DNA of 63,300 nt, filler included, from Sphacelaria rigidula (taxonomy: Eukaryota), in NCBI GenBank assembly GCA_964200075.2. It is 9 parts of 9 records of this genome, joined end to end, with 100 filler letters (N's around TTAATTAATTAA, not from the genome) between each part and the next. Parts side by side here need not be neighbours in the genome. Positions count along the whole stretch, not along the records: positions 1 to 6,945 come from CAXNAA020017274.1; positions 7,046 to 13,990 come from CAXNAA020017275.1; 7 more parts are not named here. One strand, written 5' to 3'. This document shows positions 1 through 13,739 of this stretch, piece by piece. The notes under the pieces were generated by a model. The model was not told where the DNA came from. It searched no databases and saw nothing but the letters and a program-made list of their open reading frames with translations. Made by a program: the position numbers and the translations under genes. How positions within the stretch are numbered: the first letter of the stretch is position 1; each line of letters opens with the position of its first letter.

Positions 1-2145
1 TTAATTCTCCGGGTTCTCATCCTCAATGAAAATCTCCATCCTCAACATAGATGATCGGCTGTTATAGTGAAAAAATGGTCAAGTTATCGCTAATAATAAA
101 ACCCAGCCTCGATCAACGCAAAACTCAATCTCACGAAAACATCATGAGTTTCCGAAAGTAAAAGTAGAGCTGGTACGAACACTTATTAATAACTGGGATC
201 TCATCAGTCGTCAGGGGTTGCATCTCATCTCCCCAGCCGGGCTCTTGCTCTTCCATGTTTTCGTTTTATCGAGTCCATCCCAAGCAAAAGGGGAACAAAA
301 CAAATGGACGACTGATGAAACAGCTCAATTCATTAAACTTTTCCACGGAGAGAGTAGGTCATCTGTTGAATCGGTATCAAAATCACTCGAAACTAGATAT
401 GCATGGTTCAGATAGACTACCCTCGCAGTCTAAGGGCCAAGAATTGAATTGTTCCACTACCCGAGAATCTATTAAATCTAGAGTCTTGGCAGAGAAGAAA
501 AAAAAGTGACACAATAGGGGGTGTTTTTCATCGTCATCTCTCGGTCAAAACAAAGGGCGTCCTGCCGTCTTGTCCCATTGTCCATGCAGATCCAAGGACA
601 AAACGAGCGCCGAAAAAGCGGTTTCGGTACGAGCGATTCCGGTGCCACACAGTCTGTACAGTAGCGGGAAACTTTCGGAGCTTGAGGAAATGCACCGAGT
701 CAGGTGCTTGTTGGGAACGTGCAGAGAATTAATCAACAACGCTTCGCGATGTTCCCCCTGAAGTAGCCGCAAATACGCCCCACATCACCCCCCTCGTTTT
801 CTTCTTCCCGCTTCTCAACTTTCGCTGGCTTCAGTATCCTGCACGAAATACCACACAAGGAAAAAAGAAAAAAAATCTCGTCACGTAGAGAATCGCCTCA
901 TTGGCCATACTAAAATTAACAAAACCACCACACATCACAGACGACACACCACACCACACAACACACGAAAGGGAGAAACACTTCGTCAACAATCAAGACT
1001 CACACACACGCGCGCTTGAGCGCAGACGGTTATACGCCTTTCCTCTTCGAAAACCTACTCTAAAACCCACGAAAGTTGGCGTGCCTCGCCTCCCCACAAC
1101 AGTCGACACAAAGACGAAGGCATTAGGTTACACCACTATTCGTTTTGCTTCCGCGGGTTGGTATCTAGCCAACACGGCATCAACCAACCCCCCATAATGG
1201 CCGAGCTATCATCAGCTCAGAACCAACGAACTACTATCCTTCCCACTCGCGCGCCCAACGTTCTCATAAAACGCTCGTTTCTCAAGGCGTCATATTCTAG
1301 ATGTAGCAACCATGGCATTATTACTGCCCTACCGTACCACGTGAAACCCTAATCTCACAGTTCACAGGCCAACAGCTTTTCCGCGACTTTCTAACCTCCC
1401 CCCCCCCCCTCCCATCTGCTTTCACATGAAGATCAACAGGGAACAGTACGGTAATGGTCACGTCATGTACTGCTGGAGTTAATCAGCCGCCAATCAACCC
1501 CGTTTCCCCCCTATTTATAGACATTGTCATAACTTACACCTACATACTCGCCTACCGGGCGTTATCTCTTTATGCAACCAAACACTAACCCCCTGCCGTT
1601 GAACAAATACACGCGGCCATTTTACATCTGCACTCGATTATAGAAAATAATTGAGCAGGCAACACAAGCGGTGACAGTACGAAAGGCCTGGCCTTCACGT
1701 AGACCTTCCCCGCGGTAAAGAATCAAGGACAAAAAAAAACGCCGATCGCTTGACGAGATGCGATGCTCGTCAGTCACGAAACGACAAAAATAACAGGCTC
1801 GGAAAGCTGCACACGCCTCGTCCCATCTGATGTGGTCACACACCAGTCCGCTACAAAAACTGATCCAAGAACATAATAATGCACTTCAATATTCTCACAC
1901 AGTAGGTACACTTCGAAGTACCGTCGAATATTGCAGGCCACACAGCTTTTGCCTGGGGGGCAGAAAGTCTGGCGTTCGAAAAACATCAACTCAAACAGGG
2001 AGATACAACCAGGGAAAACTGCTGACACACACCTACAGAAGTGACCGACAGGGATGGGAACTTCCTTTTGAAATCACCGGGAACAATCATGACGGCACCT
2101 GCAAAAAAAATCAACACAAAATTGGGAAACAACAAGATCAAATGT

Positions 2146-4494
2146 CTAGAAAGGAGTTGGCGTCTCCGGCAAAGTTGTAGCACTCACGCTGCTGTTGAAC
2201 CTGTTGAGATTCTCAGAATTCACACCAGGCAAATGTCGCCTTTTGCGGCCTGACTTACTCGAAGGAATCCTTGGGGGTTTCACGCCTCCTGGGACCACTC
2301 GACTTCGAACTGCAGCTGATTCATGGACCCGCAGTCCAACGGTAGGTAAATTTGCCCCCTCACCGCTCTCTGTCTGGCTGAGGTAAGGACCGCTGGACAC
2401 GACAGAAGGCGCCTCTGTAGGAGACTCGGATCCGAACCCACCGTCTGCTGCAGCAGCGGCTGCCGCCACCTTCTTGACAAGAATGTCGGCGCTTCGGTGG
2501 TGGTCCGAGTCGAAAGCGGTACTGCGGTGACCATCTGCTTGGCTACCGTAGTCGGGGGTGACGCTCAGCCCGCCGCTGCCGCTGACGATCTCCGATATTT
2601 GGTCCTCGAAATCAACGTCATCCTTTCCTCCGAAGACGCCGTTCACAAGCGACTTGAACACGACGCGGGCCATCTGGCCAATCCGTCGGCCACCACTCGC
2701 CGGCGGCGGCAGTTCCTGTCCGTCCGAAAAGCGGTACAGCACGGAGGAATCCTCGAACAGGTGCGAGTTGGAGATGTGCTCGAATACGCCATTCTTCATC
2801 ATCTCATTCCCCAGGCGCTTGGCCTCGTTGATCGACGTTGCGTGGCCGTTACTCAGCATCCACTGCACCGCCTCCCTCCCCGAGAAACACTTTTTGTAAA
2901 CCCGTAAACGGTGGATGCGGTCCCTAACCTTCAGTTCCGTCTTCATCTTGTCCGCCGACTGGAACACATGCCGCGTCGATCGCAACGTTTTTGACCGACC
3001 CTGCAGCATTCGCGAAACGGCCGTCCTCGGCACCTCCGTCGGCTTCGACGAAGCCTTTCGACTCCCTCCCCCTCCGTGCCCGGAACGACTGCCGCCGCCA
3101 GCGTCGTCGTTCCGGTGGTGGCGTCGGCGGCGATGTCGATGTTTCGACCGTCGAGCCTTGCCATCTCGGTCAGCAGCACTGGCGCCGCCATTCGCTTTTG
3201 ATCTTGTCGCTCTCCTCTCCAACTCGCCGCGGCGCTTGTGCGGCGTCAGCGACACGCGCGACGACACCTCCAAAGGTTTTCTCCTGGGAGTCTTGCTTGG
3301 CTCATGCGCCGCCACCGGCGCGTCAGCGCCATCTGCTGCCGCTCCGGCTGTCGCAGATAACCATGAGTATTCCATGCGGATATCGTCCACAGCAGCGTTG
3401 TCCACAATGATATCGTCCACAATGACATCGTCCACAATGGCATCGTCCACAACGATATCGTCAACAGCGACATCGCCCACGGCTTGCACCGTAGCCGCAG
3501 CCGTCGTTTTCACACCTGCCGTGCCGGTTGTCGTCATTCCGACAACCGCAGTGGACATATCAGACGACGCTGTCGACCCCCGCACCGGCGCCGGCATGTC
3601 ATTACAAGAGACCGTCGAGACCGGAGCCGCCATCCTCGATTTCATCGCTTTTATCCTGGAGTCCGGTGTGTTCGCAAAGGGCGCCGACGAAAGCGCCGCG
3701 GAAAAAGGTGGAGATACGAGCTGCGACGCATCGCATAACTGTGACGACCCGCCTGCGGACGACAAAGAGTCCAGCGAATCTCCTTTTATGCAAACTAAAC
3801 GGTTGTGACTGCTGCTAGGACTGGGATCGCAGCACGAAACTCCCGACAAAACTACACCGCCACTTCCGCGGCGCCTGCCACTAGCCGGTGTCCTCCCAAC
3901 ATTACCACAACAAGCGCACGTGCTGACGCCCCTATTCTTAAGAATCAACTCGTGGGTGCGATTCCGCACGCGCCTCACGAGGCTGCGGGGCGTGACGCCG
4001 AGTTCACAGGCAAGGTCGGCGGCCGTCGTTGAGTCCACACGAGAGCGCGCACCCATGATGTTGTCCTCCGCCCGCGCCTGACACAGTGCATCCAGCACGG
4101 CTTTCGTGCTTAGCCCGCTGGCCTCCTCCCTCTGCTTCCGCTTCCGAGCGCGCATCGCCTTGGCCACCTCGGGGCACTTCCTGGCCCAGTCCTCCCGCTG
4201 CGCCAAGAATTCGTGCTGCATGAGCTCGCTCAGGGCAGGTCGTCGGTTGTGATTGCGCGCGAGGCACCTGCCCAAAAAGTCAGCAAGTCCGCCAGACAAG
4301 GAGGACTCCTTCTTGATTGTCCTCTCGGCACGATCCGCCAGCTCGGTCTGCTCAAACTCGCTGCTTGCCTTGCTGATCGGGTTTTCCCCCAGCGCCGCCG
4401 TCGCCAAAGTCAGACCCAGAGACCACAGGTCGGACTGCGGCGTCGCCGGGCGACCCTTCAGTCGCTCTGGAGCCATATAACGTTGAGTGCCCAC
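2146..4494 (-). CDS. Terminal exon of a MAP2K/STE7-like Ser/Thr kinase: kinase C-lobe, long low-complexity linker, DEP domain (~2726-2950)
   Basis: CAG acceptor at 4497-4495, then VGTQRYMAPERL...SDLWSLGLTL (subdomains VIII-IX, MAP2K-type YMxPER). Open for 783 codons to the stop at 2146. ELKVRDRIHRLRVYKKCFSGREAVQWML...EAKRLGNEMMKNGVFEHI...FEDSSVLYRF fits the DEP consensus. Confidence 0.9.
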   Translation of the reverse strand: MGTQRYMAPERLKGRPATPQSDLWSLGLTLATAALGENPISKASSEFEQTELADRAERTIKKESSLSGGLADFLGRCLARNHNRRPALSELMQHEFLAQREDWARKCPEVAKAMRARKRKQREEASGLSTKAVLDALCQARAEDNIMGARSRVDSTTAADLACELGVTPRSLVRRVRNRTHELILKNRGVSTCACCGNVGRTPASGRRRGSGGVVLSGVSCCDPSPSSSHNRLVCIKGDSLDSLSSAGGSSQLCDASQLVSPPFSAALSSAPFANTPDSRIKAMKSRMAAPVSTVSCNDMPAPVRGSTASSDMSTAVVGMTTTGTAGVKTTAAATVQAVGDVAVDDIVVDDAIVDDVIVDDIIVDNAAVDDIRMEYSWLSATAGAAADGADAPVAAHEPSKTPRRKPLEVSSRVSLTPHKRRGELERRATRSKANGGASAADRDGKARRSKHRHRRRRHHRNDDAGGGSRSGHGGGGSRKASSKPTEVPRTAVSRMLQGRSKTLRSTRHVFQSADKMKTELKVRDRIHRLRVYKKCFSGREAVQWMLSNGHATSINEAKRLGNEMMKNGVFEHISNSHLFEDSSVLYRFSDGQELPPPASGGRRIGQMARVVFKSLVNGVFGGKDDVDFEDQISEIVSGSGGLSVTPDYGSQADGHRSTAFDSDHHRSADILVKKVAAAAAAADGGFGSESPTEAPSVVSSGPYLSQTESGEGANLPTVGLRVHESAAVRSRVVPGGVKPPRIPSSKSGRKRRHLPGVNSENLNRFNSSVSATTLPETPTPF
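3380..3480 (-). repeat. 15-bp coding minisatellite (~7 units) giving an acidic DDxxV-type pentapeptide repeat
   Basis: Units such as atatcgtccacaatg / acatcgtccacaatg / gcatcgtccacaacg; protein GDVAVDDIVVDDAIVDDVIVDDIIVDNAAVDDI. Confidence 0.85.
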
Positions 4495-4901
4495 CTGCCC
4501 CATGCCCAAACACGAAGAGGAAACTATGGGTCAAAACAATGCGAAATGGCACAAAAAAGGGGGTTGCCATCAGTTTGTGTACCCTGGTTGCTGGTAAAAT
4601 CGTATATGGGTGCTGTGCGCTAGGGCGACGCGCTGTAAAGGCTGGTGAAGCGAGATAATCGTGCCGTGCCCGCGGTGAAAATCGATGAACCGAAGTGGGC
4701 ACAACACTGATTATGAGCAACAAGGGGAATAAGGTGCTGCTCAAATTTCAGTCCCTGCGGGACGAAGGCAATGGCCATGCGTTTTGGTGTTCAATTGTGC
4801 AACAAATGCATCGAGATGGCAACCCCATATATCTCCGAAGTTCAAAGGTTGCAAGCTTCCCCCGCCAACACGACACTGCTCGTAATGTACGTAAATGGTT
4901 A

Positions 4902-5153
<252 letters not shown>

Positions 5154-5796
5154 TCATGTCGGTCAGTCTCGAACGCAGGGACGGAGACAAAAATATGGAG
5201 AATCAGGAAGCAGTCGCCGCGCAAAATATGAAACGCCGTGATGACACATGACGAGCGAACACCCTTCGGCGATGCGTGTCCGTGCTGTTCTTTGAAGCGC
5301 CGGCGATGCTCGGCTCAGTCGCGTTTGAGGCTCGGGAATCATGTCTTTCACTCCCGTAAAGGAAGAACAGAAACCAATCATTTTGCCCGCAAATGCCTAC
5401 AACGCCGAACAGAACGGAACAGCGGGGCCCCCATAAATTTAAAATTACAAAGTCGAATGTTGGTAGGTTCCGACAAGGCTGGGGCGAAACACGATCAATC
5501 CAAGAGCCACGAGGGCGCCACCATTCAAGATGAAAAAGCGAAGCAAGATTACACCTCTTTTCTTGAAAACGAATGAATGATATCCGCTGCGTCGAGATGT
5601 TTGGCATATGGCCTACTAGCGAGCAGGAAATAAAGTACGTTCGTCTGGTCGTCGGGAGGAGACGACAGTGTCCGCCTCCTTTGAACGTTTCAACTACTGT
5701 GCTTGACGGTACTCGACAGATTGCCTACAGTACTCTGACGTTCAAAGGGGGCAACCTTTTGACCACGACCCCCCCCTCTTTTGATAGCATTTCGTC

Positions 5797-6093
5797 ATTA
5801 TTATTACTTGTCGCACTTTGAACCCCTCCCCTTCCTCGGGAGAGACTCGTGGTCTTAAGGGATCAACCCATCTCTCTCTGGTACACGCCTCGCATTTTGG
5901 TCTCGCGGATTAGATCATGACCAACACTCCAGCACGGCGTCAACTCTCGTTAAACAAACTCAGTCGAATGTTTTTTGTTTTGCTCGCGTACGAACACTTT
6001 CCATAGTGGCAATCAGCGAAGAAAAAAACCAACGCATCAGGATTCGAAATCTCGTTCATCTCCCGACAGTCGGACCATTTCACCACCGGGGCG
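5797..6093 (-). mobile_element. tRNA-headed SINE, family A
   Basis: Reverse complement aligns end to end with 18018-18326 and 54646-54970: head CGCCCCGGTGGTG.AATGGTCCGACTGTCG, 3' end GGGTTCAAAGTGCGAC plus (TAA)n tail. Confidence 0.8.
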
Positions 6094-6780
6094 CGGCGCC
6101 TGTATGCCCAACTTGGCTCTAGACCGTTCGTCTTTATTTCTTCTACGTGATCACTTGAATCCGTACTCGGACCAGAATTGAAAACCGTCTATTCGCGTTC
6201 AAGACTTCTGTTTTCCGAGTGACGACAGTAATGCCCCGTTTACGTCACAAGATGGACGCTAAGGCCCGGTTTTGAGTGAGTCGGTCGAGTACCCTGTGTT
6301 CGTTCTCGCCTAGCCTTTGTCAGGGGGAACATGGTTCCAAGCATTCTGTGTGAGTGGTGCGGTGGATATACCACTATTATATTGCTGCACAAGTATACGC
6401 AAACGTCCTCTCTCTCGCCACGGTTTTACAGCCTTGGTTCTCTCGGAGAAATGCTGGCAAATCTCGAGCATGTCTCGGATATGCTTCACCGCGTGTTACA
6501 TCTGCCCGTAGTGCTCTGAAGTCTCCACACTGCTGCTGCACCCTACACAGAACTTCTCCGACAGCGGCGAAATGCAAAACTGACCGAAAGTCAGTGTACC
6601 ATTGCTCTCCACTACGTGTAGTCTGCGCCATTTTGATCTCTTCCGTCTCAGGCCGTGTTTCAGCGAGACAAAGAGAGGTGAAAACGGCCGTTAGACGGTG
6701 ATTCTGGTGATTTTGGTGGGTTTTTTCGTTGTCATCCTAATTTGGTTGCCCATCAGCTCTCAGGACGCTAAAATAAAAAT

Positions 6781-6945
6781 CTGGAAAAGTGCCTTTTTGG
6801 AGCGCCCACGTCGTTTTACGCCCTGAGGAGAGCCAGGCGGACGTTGACACCTTGGAATGACTTGCTCTACTGGTTGAGGCGGTTCCAGGACGTTTCCCGT
6901 TTTCCGGTGGCCGCAGTTTTGGTTTTGGCCAAACAAGATTTTTTG
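6781..6945 (+). repeat. Fragment of large dispersed repeat family F (matches left palindrome arm at ~62350-62515)
   Basis: Shared ggcgga.gt.gacaccttggaatgacttgctct...gttccag...ttggccaaa; contig ends here. Confidence 0.75.
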
Positions 6946-7045
6946 NNNNNNNNNNNNNNNNNNNNNNNNNNNNNNNNNNNNNNNNNNNNTTAATTAATTA
7001 ANNNNNNNNNNNNNNNNNNNNNNNNNNNNNNNNNNNNNNNNNNNN
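6946..7045. other. Artificial contig spacer
   Basis: 44 N + TTAATTAATTAA (stops in all six frames) + 44 N. Confidence 0.99.
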
Positions 7046-7290
7046 CAGGCCACTCACCGGCCCACGTTTGGTTTTGTGTATTGATATTTTGTGTGGGCCC
7101 TCGCCAGGGTATAATTACCAAAACTAAGTGGATCAGTTTTTTTTATTGATTTTTCCACTGGTTGAGGGCGTTTTATCATGGTAAAGACCATTTCTTCACG
7201 AGAACGCCCCAACCTCTATGGAAAAAATTTAAAAAATGAAGGCCCGTATTTATTTTTTATTCGGCACACTTTTGTAGTTTTCCATGCTAA
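7046..7290 (+). repeat. Fragment of repeat family F (matches 62932-63170)
   Basis: Shared caggccactca.cggcccacgtttgg...agggcgtt.ta.catggt.aagaccattt.ttcacga...gaaggccc. Confidence 0.75.
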
Positions 7291-9003
7291 CTTTTAAATC
7301 CCAGTTCTAAAAATTGAGCTAAAACATTGAGATAAGGCCTGAGAGCGATGTTCATTTATCCTCAAAACTCCACTAAAAACACGACAAAAAATGAAAAAAA
7401 ATGAAAAAAAAATGAAAAAAAGTAACAGGCTGTTTTTATTTTTCTCTATTATGCACTAGCGATTCACTACACGAAATTTTATGGAACAACTCTCAAAAAC
7501 TGAGACGCGATATCCAGATTTAGGGCATCTACAGTGTTATTCTTTTTCAATATTATGGAGGCGGTATTTTCGGAGAAGAGGCGCCCTAACACAGCACACC
7601 TGGCGTCTAATGAAGCTGAGAGTTGATGTATGTGTGAGTTAAAGCCGAAGCTAGGTGTCGACGCAGCAGGTGCGGCGATCCAATGCGTTTTCAGCGCAGC
7701 GTGGCCTGAAACAACGATTTTGCACGACGCTGAAGCTGTTCCGAAAACTAGAACACTTTCTAATGACATTTCTAGAAGGGGTGATGATATCAAACCCGTG
7801 CTGATCCAGGGGCATATCTTCCCAGCCTTGTTGTCTGCCTCGGCCCTGTCGGTCGAGAGTGGGACCAAGACGGGGAATGCTCAACAGTGAAGGTTCTCCA
7901 TATGTTAGAGGCAGATTCCGTTGGGGTTTAGGCGCCGGGTGGAGCGAGACGAGGCCGCGCAGAGTAGCCAAAGAGGAGAGTGTGTTCAGCCGAGGAGCAC
8001 TGCGAACCTGCTCCGGCAGAGGGTAACGTCTATTCTCTTACAGTGCCAGAGTTACCGTTCGTCCTATCACGGCGGCGTGAGAATGACAGGAGACGTTCTT
8101 GTAGTTTTATGTTATCACAATCAACCGGATATTCTTCGACGTGATGGTTCCAAGTGAAGAAATTGACTTTTCCCCGACATGCACGCCATCTGTGTTTTGC
8201 GGATCTCACGCCATTTTCATTTGCTCTTAGTATGATATTTCCCCCACCTGGGCAACAACCTCTCGCGACAGGTATACATACGGCAGACAGTATCGCAGGT
8301 GGTTTGTATTGCGACCACATTTTTTATACTGTATGCAGTACACATCTTCAGAGCAAATGCCAAGGTAGGCGCACTGCGGAATACCACTGCGGAATACCGC
8401 GGGGATAAACGGGAAGCGTGGGCAGTGAGAAAATATCTGGCGGCTGTAACGCTAACCCGTACTCCTGGTGCAGTCCCTGCAACACCGTGGAGCGTGTCTT
8501 CCGCGACGAAAGTAATTGCGACCGACATCTGTCGCTTAGACTTGCGTAAGATATTTCATAAGCCCGTCGCGGCATTATGTGCGGCGACAGTACTGTGCAG
8601 TGCAATCGACTGTTACAGGTAATTATAAGCAAAGACGGCGCACAAGTCTTTTCACAGCTTATTCCGGTGGCGCAGGGATACGAAGAACTTTAATATCCTC
8701 GGCGCTAAGTGATGGGAAAAGGTACAGCCGAGGTACAGGCGGCATTTTCATGGCCGGTTCGGCATCGCTTCGCATCGCGGCATAAATGCACGAGGCACCG
8801 CCTGCAAAGGCCGAGAGTAATACTACGGTAGGGGTGCACCACGTTGTTTTTTTTAGGTTAGAATCATTAGGAGCCCTTTATCTTATCCCGAACACAACTT
8901 ATGAAATACGTGAGAGTACGCCAGGGATATTTCCCAATGTGCTGGGGATATCCTGAATGAATTTACAGACGAGGATGTCCGGAACCATATTCTTGTGCAC
9001 CTA

Positions 9004-9551
9004 CAGTAGTGGGCGGTATAACTATTCATTTTGTGACATTTTGTGATTTTTTCGTAATTGGCGATTTTCTGGGGCTGTTTGGCTTGCCACCGCTTATCAC
9101 ACCGGGGACCTGAAGATATTTACACTTGCTCCACATTCCAAGAAAAAAAATCATCCGTACTCAATATTGAGTGACTTACGGGCTGACGGGTCATCGGGGG
9201 TCCTGCCACGTTTCAGCCCAAATTCTCACTCTTCTGTATTTTCGGTCGATCGAGCCTGTCCCGATCATATTTGCGATGAAATGTTCAGTTCTATCTTTCA
9301 GAAATTGTGCCTACCCATTGCACTAGGGCCGAAAAACTGTGTTTCACGGTCAATAACACCCTCCTGATAAACGGGGTATTTACTCGTATCGCCCGATAAC
9401 ACCAACTGACACTGACTTGGGCACTGTGTTTCGAGGATGATCTGTTTATTGTACCAAAATCTACCGACACCAGCAACTTCGAGTTCTATCGATGAGTAGT
9501 ACGCGAGGAAATGCTCAAAACACCCCTAAATAGTTAGACCGCCCACTACTG
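9004..9551. mobile_element. Tc1/mariner-type MITE (548 bp)
   Basis: TIRs cagtagtgggcggtataactatt / aatagttagaccgcccactactg with TA on both sides; second copy at 19429-19765. Confidence 0.85.
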
Positions 9552-12500
9552 TACAATCGTTAGGACCGCCTGAAGTAGACTAGAATCTGCGGGAAAATTG
9601 CACCCCTATCGTATCGTTGCTCCCGGGGGGAACCTTGGTCTCTCGCATGATCATGGTTCCCCAATGCTCGGGACCCAATATTTGTGGCGATCAGTATTTT
9701 CATGGGTGTCTGTATATTCACGGGGGTGTGGATGGTTGGTGAAGCATGGTCCGTGTGCCCAATTTGTCGTTGTAGTTGTAGATATTGTTGTTGTCTTTAC
9801 ATTTTAGACCGCTCCGACATCAGGACATCGCTCTGTGCCGAGCATATCACTCGGACGCTTGCCGCCGTAAAGGACGAAGAACCCGATCATAGGACGAAAC
9901 AAATTAAAAAAGAGCAATCGTACGAAAAATAATCACACAGATGCAATACTAAAACAGAAAAAACAAAATCGATTCAAAGTGGTAACAATACAATGAAAAT
10001 CAAAGAGAAAAAAAGAGAGGGGATTGTCGGTGCGCATGCGATCGCTTGGCGGTAGCGAGCCGTGCACACCGCACGAGCGCACATGTTGCAAAACGCAACA
10101 GAGGTTTGGCGTGCCCCGCCGTCCCTCGCGCATATCTCCCAACCGCTGCGTGCCGTCAAAACGTACCGAAAAAAATTCATGCATCGCACCGCTCGGTGAC
10201 TGATACAACCTGGAACGAGTGGTACCGTACAGCACCGCGCCAACAATACTAACGACGCCCCTGCACGGCGGCGTCATTGCGCTACATGAAAACCCTCGCC
10301 TATATTCCGCCCCCACCCCCGCACAAATGCCGTCGCACCGTGCGACCCGCAACTCTGGGCGCTCCCACACAAATTACCCTCGTCTGTCGTGGCAATCACC
10401 ATCACCATACCACCCAACAATTAGCGGGGCGTCACACTTGACGGGCGGACCGTGGCACGTTCAGCACGGCCGTGATGTAAACTCGCCGCCGGGTCCTGAC
10501 GTTGAGATCTGCGCGGCAGAATCACCGAGTGACCGGCGTTACTACAGCACAACTTCGTCGGCCCCGTCATGACGGCCGCACTTCCTCCCGTCAACCGTCA
10601 CGGCCTGTCATCCTGCGGCGCCCTTCGTCCCATGGACAATCAGTGAAACGTTAGACTTGCCCGACGTGAATACCTGCGCCAGTCCCAGTAACAAGAGCGC
10701 ACGTCAGTGGTATGGCGTCTTCAATTCCGGTGATTTTTCAGCATGAAGATTCATTATGTCAGACCCAATGCTCACAACTGTAGGGAATTTTTGTAAATAC
10801 TCTCATCTGCGGCGATTTTCCATGACTTGCGCGCGCGCCTCATCTCGTCGCCGTGCGGTTCTCCAAGGTCGTGTTCTGTAGGGCACGGTCTTCTGTACAT
10901 CCCGGGTATTTTCTACCTTTTATTATGTTTATGCTTCTATTTGTTCACGTCTTGGTCTATTATACCGTCCTGATTTATTTTTTTTGCTGTTTTAGTGGTT
11001 CTCAGGGTCGGTTTCGACTTTTGTTGTGCCTTGGGCGCGTCCATCATGCGACCACCGCCGAATCCCTGGAGGGTCACTTCAAGCGCGACCGTCAAATCAA
11101 TCAAGCAGTAATTACCGTGCCCGGCAAATTCATACTGGTACCCGACAGTTCTGATAACTCGGTGTCACTTTCAAACGCTCATCCGATAATCGTAGGAGTT
11201 CTGTAAGCGCCCCGTACTGTTACCAGGAGACCGGGTACGGTCTTCATATCATACCCGGTTGCGGGTACGGTTTGCGGTGCAGTCCCCATATCCTGCCACA
11301 CAATTTCCGTGAGTTTTGTACGCCCCCCCACACCCTTGCTCGACAACTACGCCAGACATGATTTTATTTTCTTATTTTCCGCTACACTTTCTCGGAAAAT
11401 AACTCAAGTGCTAGTATCTGGGTTACGTGGGGGGGGGGGGGTGCACCTCCCTCCGTATGTCGACGGTTGTCATCTTCATTTCATTTTCTGCTCGTGTGTT
11501 TTCATTTTTAAGTGTATCGGAGTCTGTGAATGTACCACTACAGCGCCATCCCTCGCCACGGGTGTCGGGGCATGATATCGACATGCCACCATACGCCTGT
11601 GACTACTGTTGGGAGGCAAGCGCATGATGCGCGGAAATACTACTCGTGGTAATAACTCAAACACAAACGGTGCGGGTGCTAGTCTTTCCACGATGATTTT
11701 ATTTATTGCATGTAAAGAAATAAATGTGTCGTCAGCATCGGGGAGTCCTACGGGTGACAGGTATCCCAAGAAGCAGTTGTGGTACAGGACGCAATCCTCG
11801 ACTACTCAATGCCGGGTGCCCAAGATTGGTTTTTAATCTTAGACCCCGACATTTCGGTTATCGAGATCCAAATTTGTACGGCGTGTAGTACTTGTCAACT
11901 GCTACCAGCAAGTGAAGAAATGGAATCGTGATTAGAAGATTTGGTGTTGATAATATTTTCATTCTCCGGGTTTTCATCTCCAATTAAAAAATCCATTCCC
12001 TATTTGTAAAATCCCGTGTTAACCATGTAAACCTCCAGCGTGAAATTCCATCATGGATTCAATCGAAATCAAGTTCTATTCAGACCGAAATGGCTCCATG
12101 CCATCACACCTATTCAGACCCCAATGGTGAAACTACAGCCGTACTTACACGAATCGGAGCGGATGCGAACATTTCATGTTGCGGGGTGTCATGCAAATCT
12201 CCATTGTCAAATTTATTCATGGATCCAATCAAACTCGTGTTCTATTTACACCGAAATGTAACCCTGCCGTCACACGTGTTGAGGCCCCAATGGTGGAATA
12301 AAGTACGGAAGGCGACTGGCGTATTTTGGTAAGTATGATCTCCTCTAAACCCGGCCCGCCTTGCCATAGCGGCACACCCGCGCAGTCACGGCTGCTGAAC
12401 CGAAAACGATCGGCGGCATCGTACGCGGGAACCCCAACAGTCGGACTCGTCTTTTAGTACTTTCTTCACACACACGACAGATTGCGCCCGCTGATATGCA

Positions 12501-12717
12501 GAGAAATGCGTGCTTGTTGGGGAGGAAGATGCTCCGCCGTAGGACAGAAGGGTTTATGTCTATATGTCGGGACTATCCCGCCCGTGATCCTTTGAACAGT
12601 TATCATGGGGGGGGGGTGTTAATCACCGTCTGGTATTGAAAAATGTCCGACTTTCAGCTGCAGAGGTCACGCAGAGTGACACGGACGCTGGTGCTGGGCT
12701 CAGGGAAACGTCCTCAC

Positions 12718-12837
12718 CCTGCACAGCGATATAATCGTAGACGTTAATCGAACAATGTATATTCGTGTGCAACTCGCTCATGCCGCGGTCATTGCGGTGC
12801 GAGTGCAGGACTGCATCCTCTTCTCCTTGAAGAGCAC
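12718..12837 (-). CDS. Possible isolated exon, unknown product
   Basis: CAG acceptor, GTGAG donor, 120 bp, only one frame open (GALQGEEDAVLHSHRNDRGMSELHTNIHCSINVYDYIAVQ); no partner exons recognised. Confidence 0.3.
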
Positions 12838-13739
12838 CTGTCAACACATGTAGCGGGCACCGCTAAACATGGGACGCCGCACGGCGCCTACCGTTCGTGC
12901 GTGATACGTGCAGCAGGAATCAAGGGTCGCTGTTACTAGAGCACAGGCCGCGCTGCAGATTGTGGCGTCGGGTTTGCGTTACCTAACCCTAGGTCACATG
13001 AGCACAACCGCATATGCTTCGAGGCGGTGTTTTTTGCGAACACTTATGACTGGATTGTACTGCAGCGTCAGATCTGGCATGCGCAACATGAGGGACCCAT
13101 GTGCGCTTTACGCCGTCTTTACCTCGCGGCGAATACGCACGGGAAATCACGAGTGCATTGTGGACATAAACTACTGTAACATGACGACATGCGCCGTTGC
13201 ATGGCACAGCGCGCCACACCACAGCGAACACGCTGCACCCTCCGGGTATATGCCAACTCCTTCCCACTCTCAAGGCCCTGGCCTTGAACAGACGATACGC
13301 AGCAAGTACACGCCGACAGCAGGCGATCGCTTCACGGACTTGTCCTGCTTAACATGATGCGTACACATATCGGACAACCAATTATTCCCAACTACGCGGC
13401 AACATACCTTCTTGCCCATCCGCCCGAGATATGCGCGTCCCGACCTCTGTAGCGCCAGTTATCCGTACTGTTGTGAAGCCCTCTCTCCCAAAAGAGTTTG
13501 CTCTCTTCGCACCAAATTTGGCGCCTTGGAGCATGACCGTCTCGATGAGTTTTTTTCCACGGATGATTAATTATTCGCCAAAAAAATCCCTCGATAATAT
13601 TGAAAAGGAATAACTCTGTCTAGTGCCTCTGCTCGTAACATAATGATTTTAGAATGGAAACTTATGTGCGCCATAACTCGGGATAGATAACGAACTAGGT
13701 GAAGGTGAGGGTAATACCGTCTCCCCTTGCTCCAGAGAA

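Noticed and set aside
2497..3818. Long plus-strand ORFs (for example 2915-3808, 297 aa)
   Set aside because: Antisense shadows of the GC-rich kinase exon with no independent motifs.
6990..7001. TTAATTAATTAA recurring every ~7044 bp as a biological periodic motif
   Set aside because: Always centred in 88 Ns; it is an assembly linker.
6781..7290. Contigs 1 and 2 appearing to continue one element across the spacer
   Set aside because: Contigs are ordered by length; both simply end in the same abundant repeat family.
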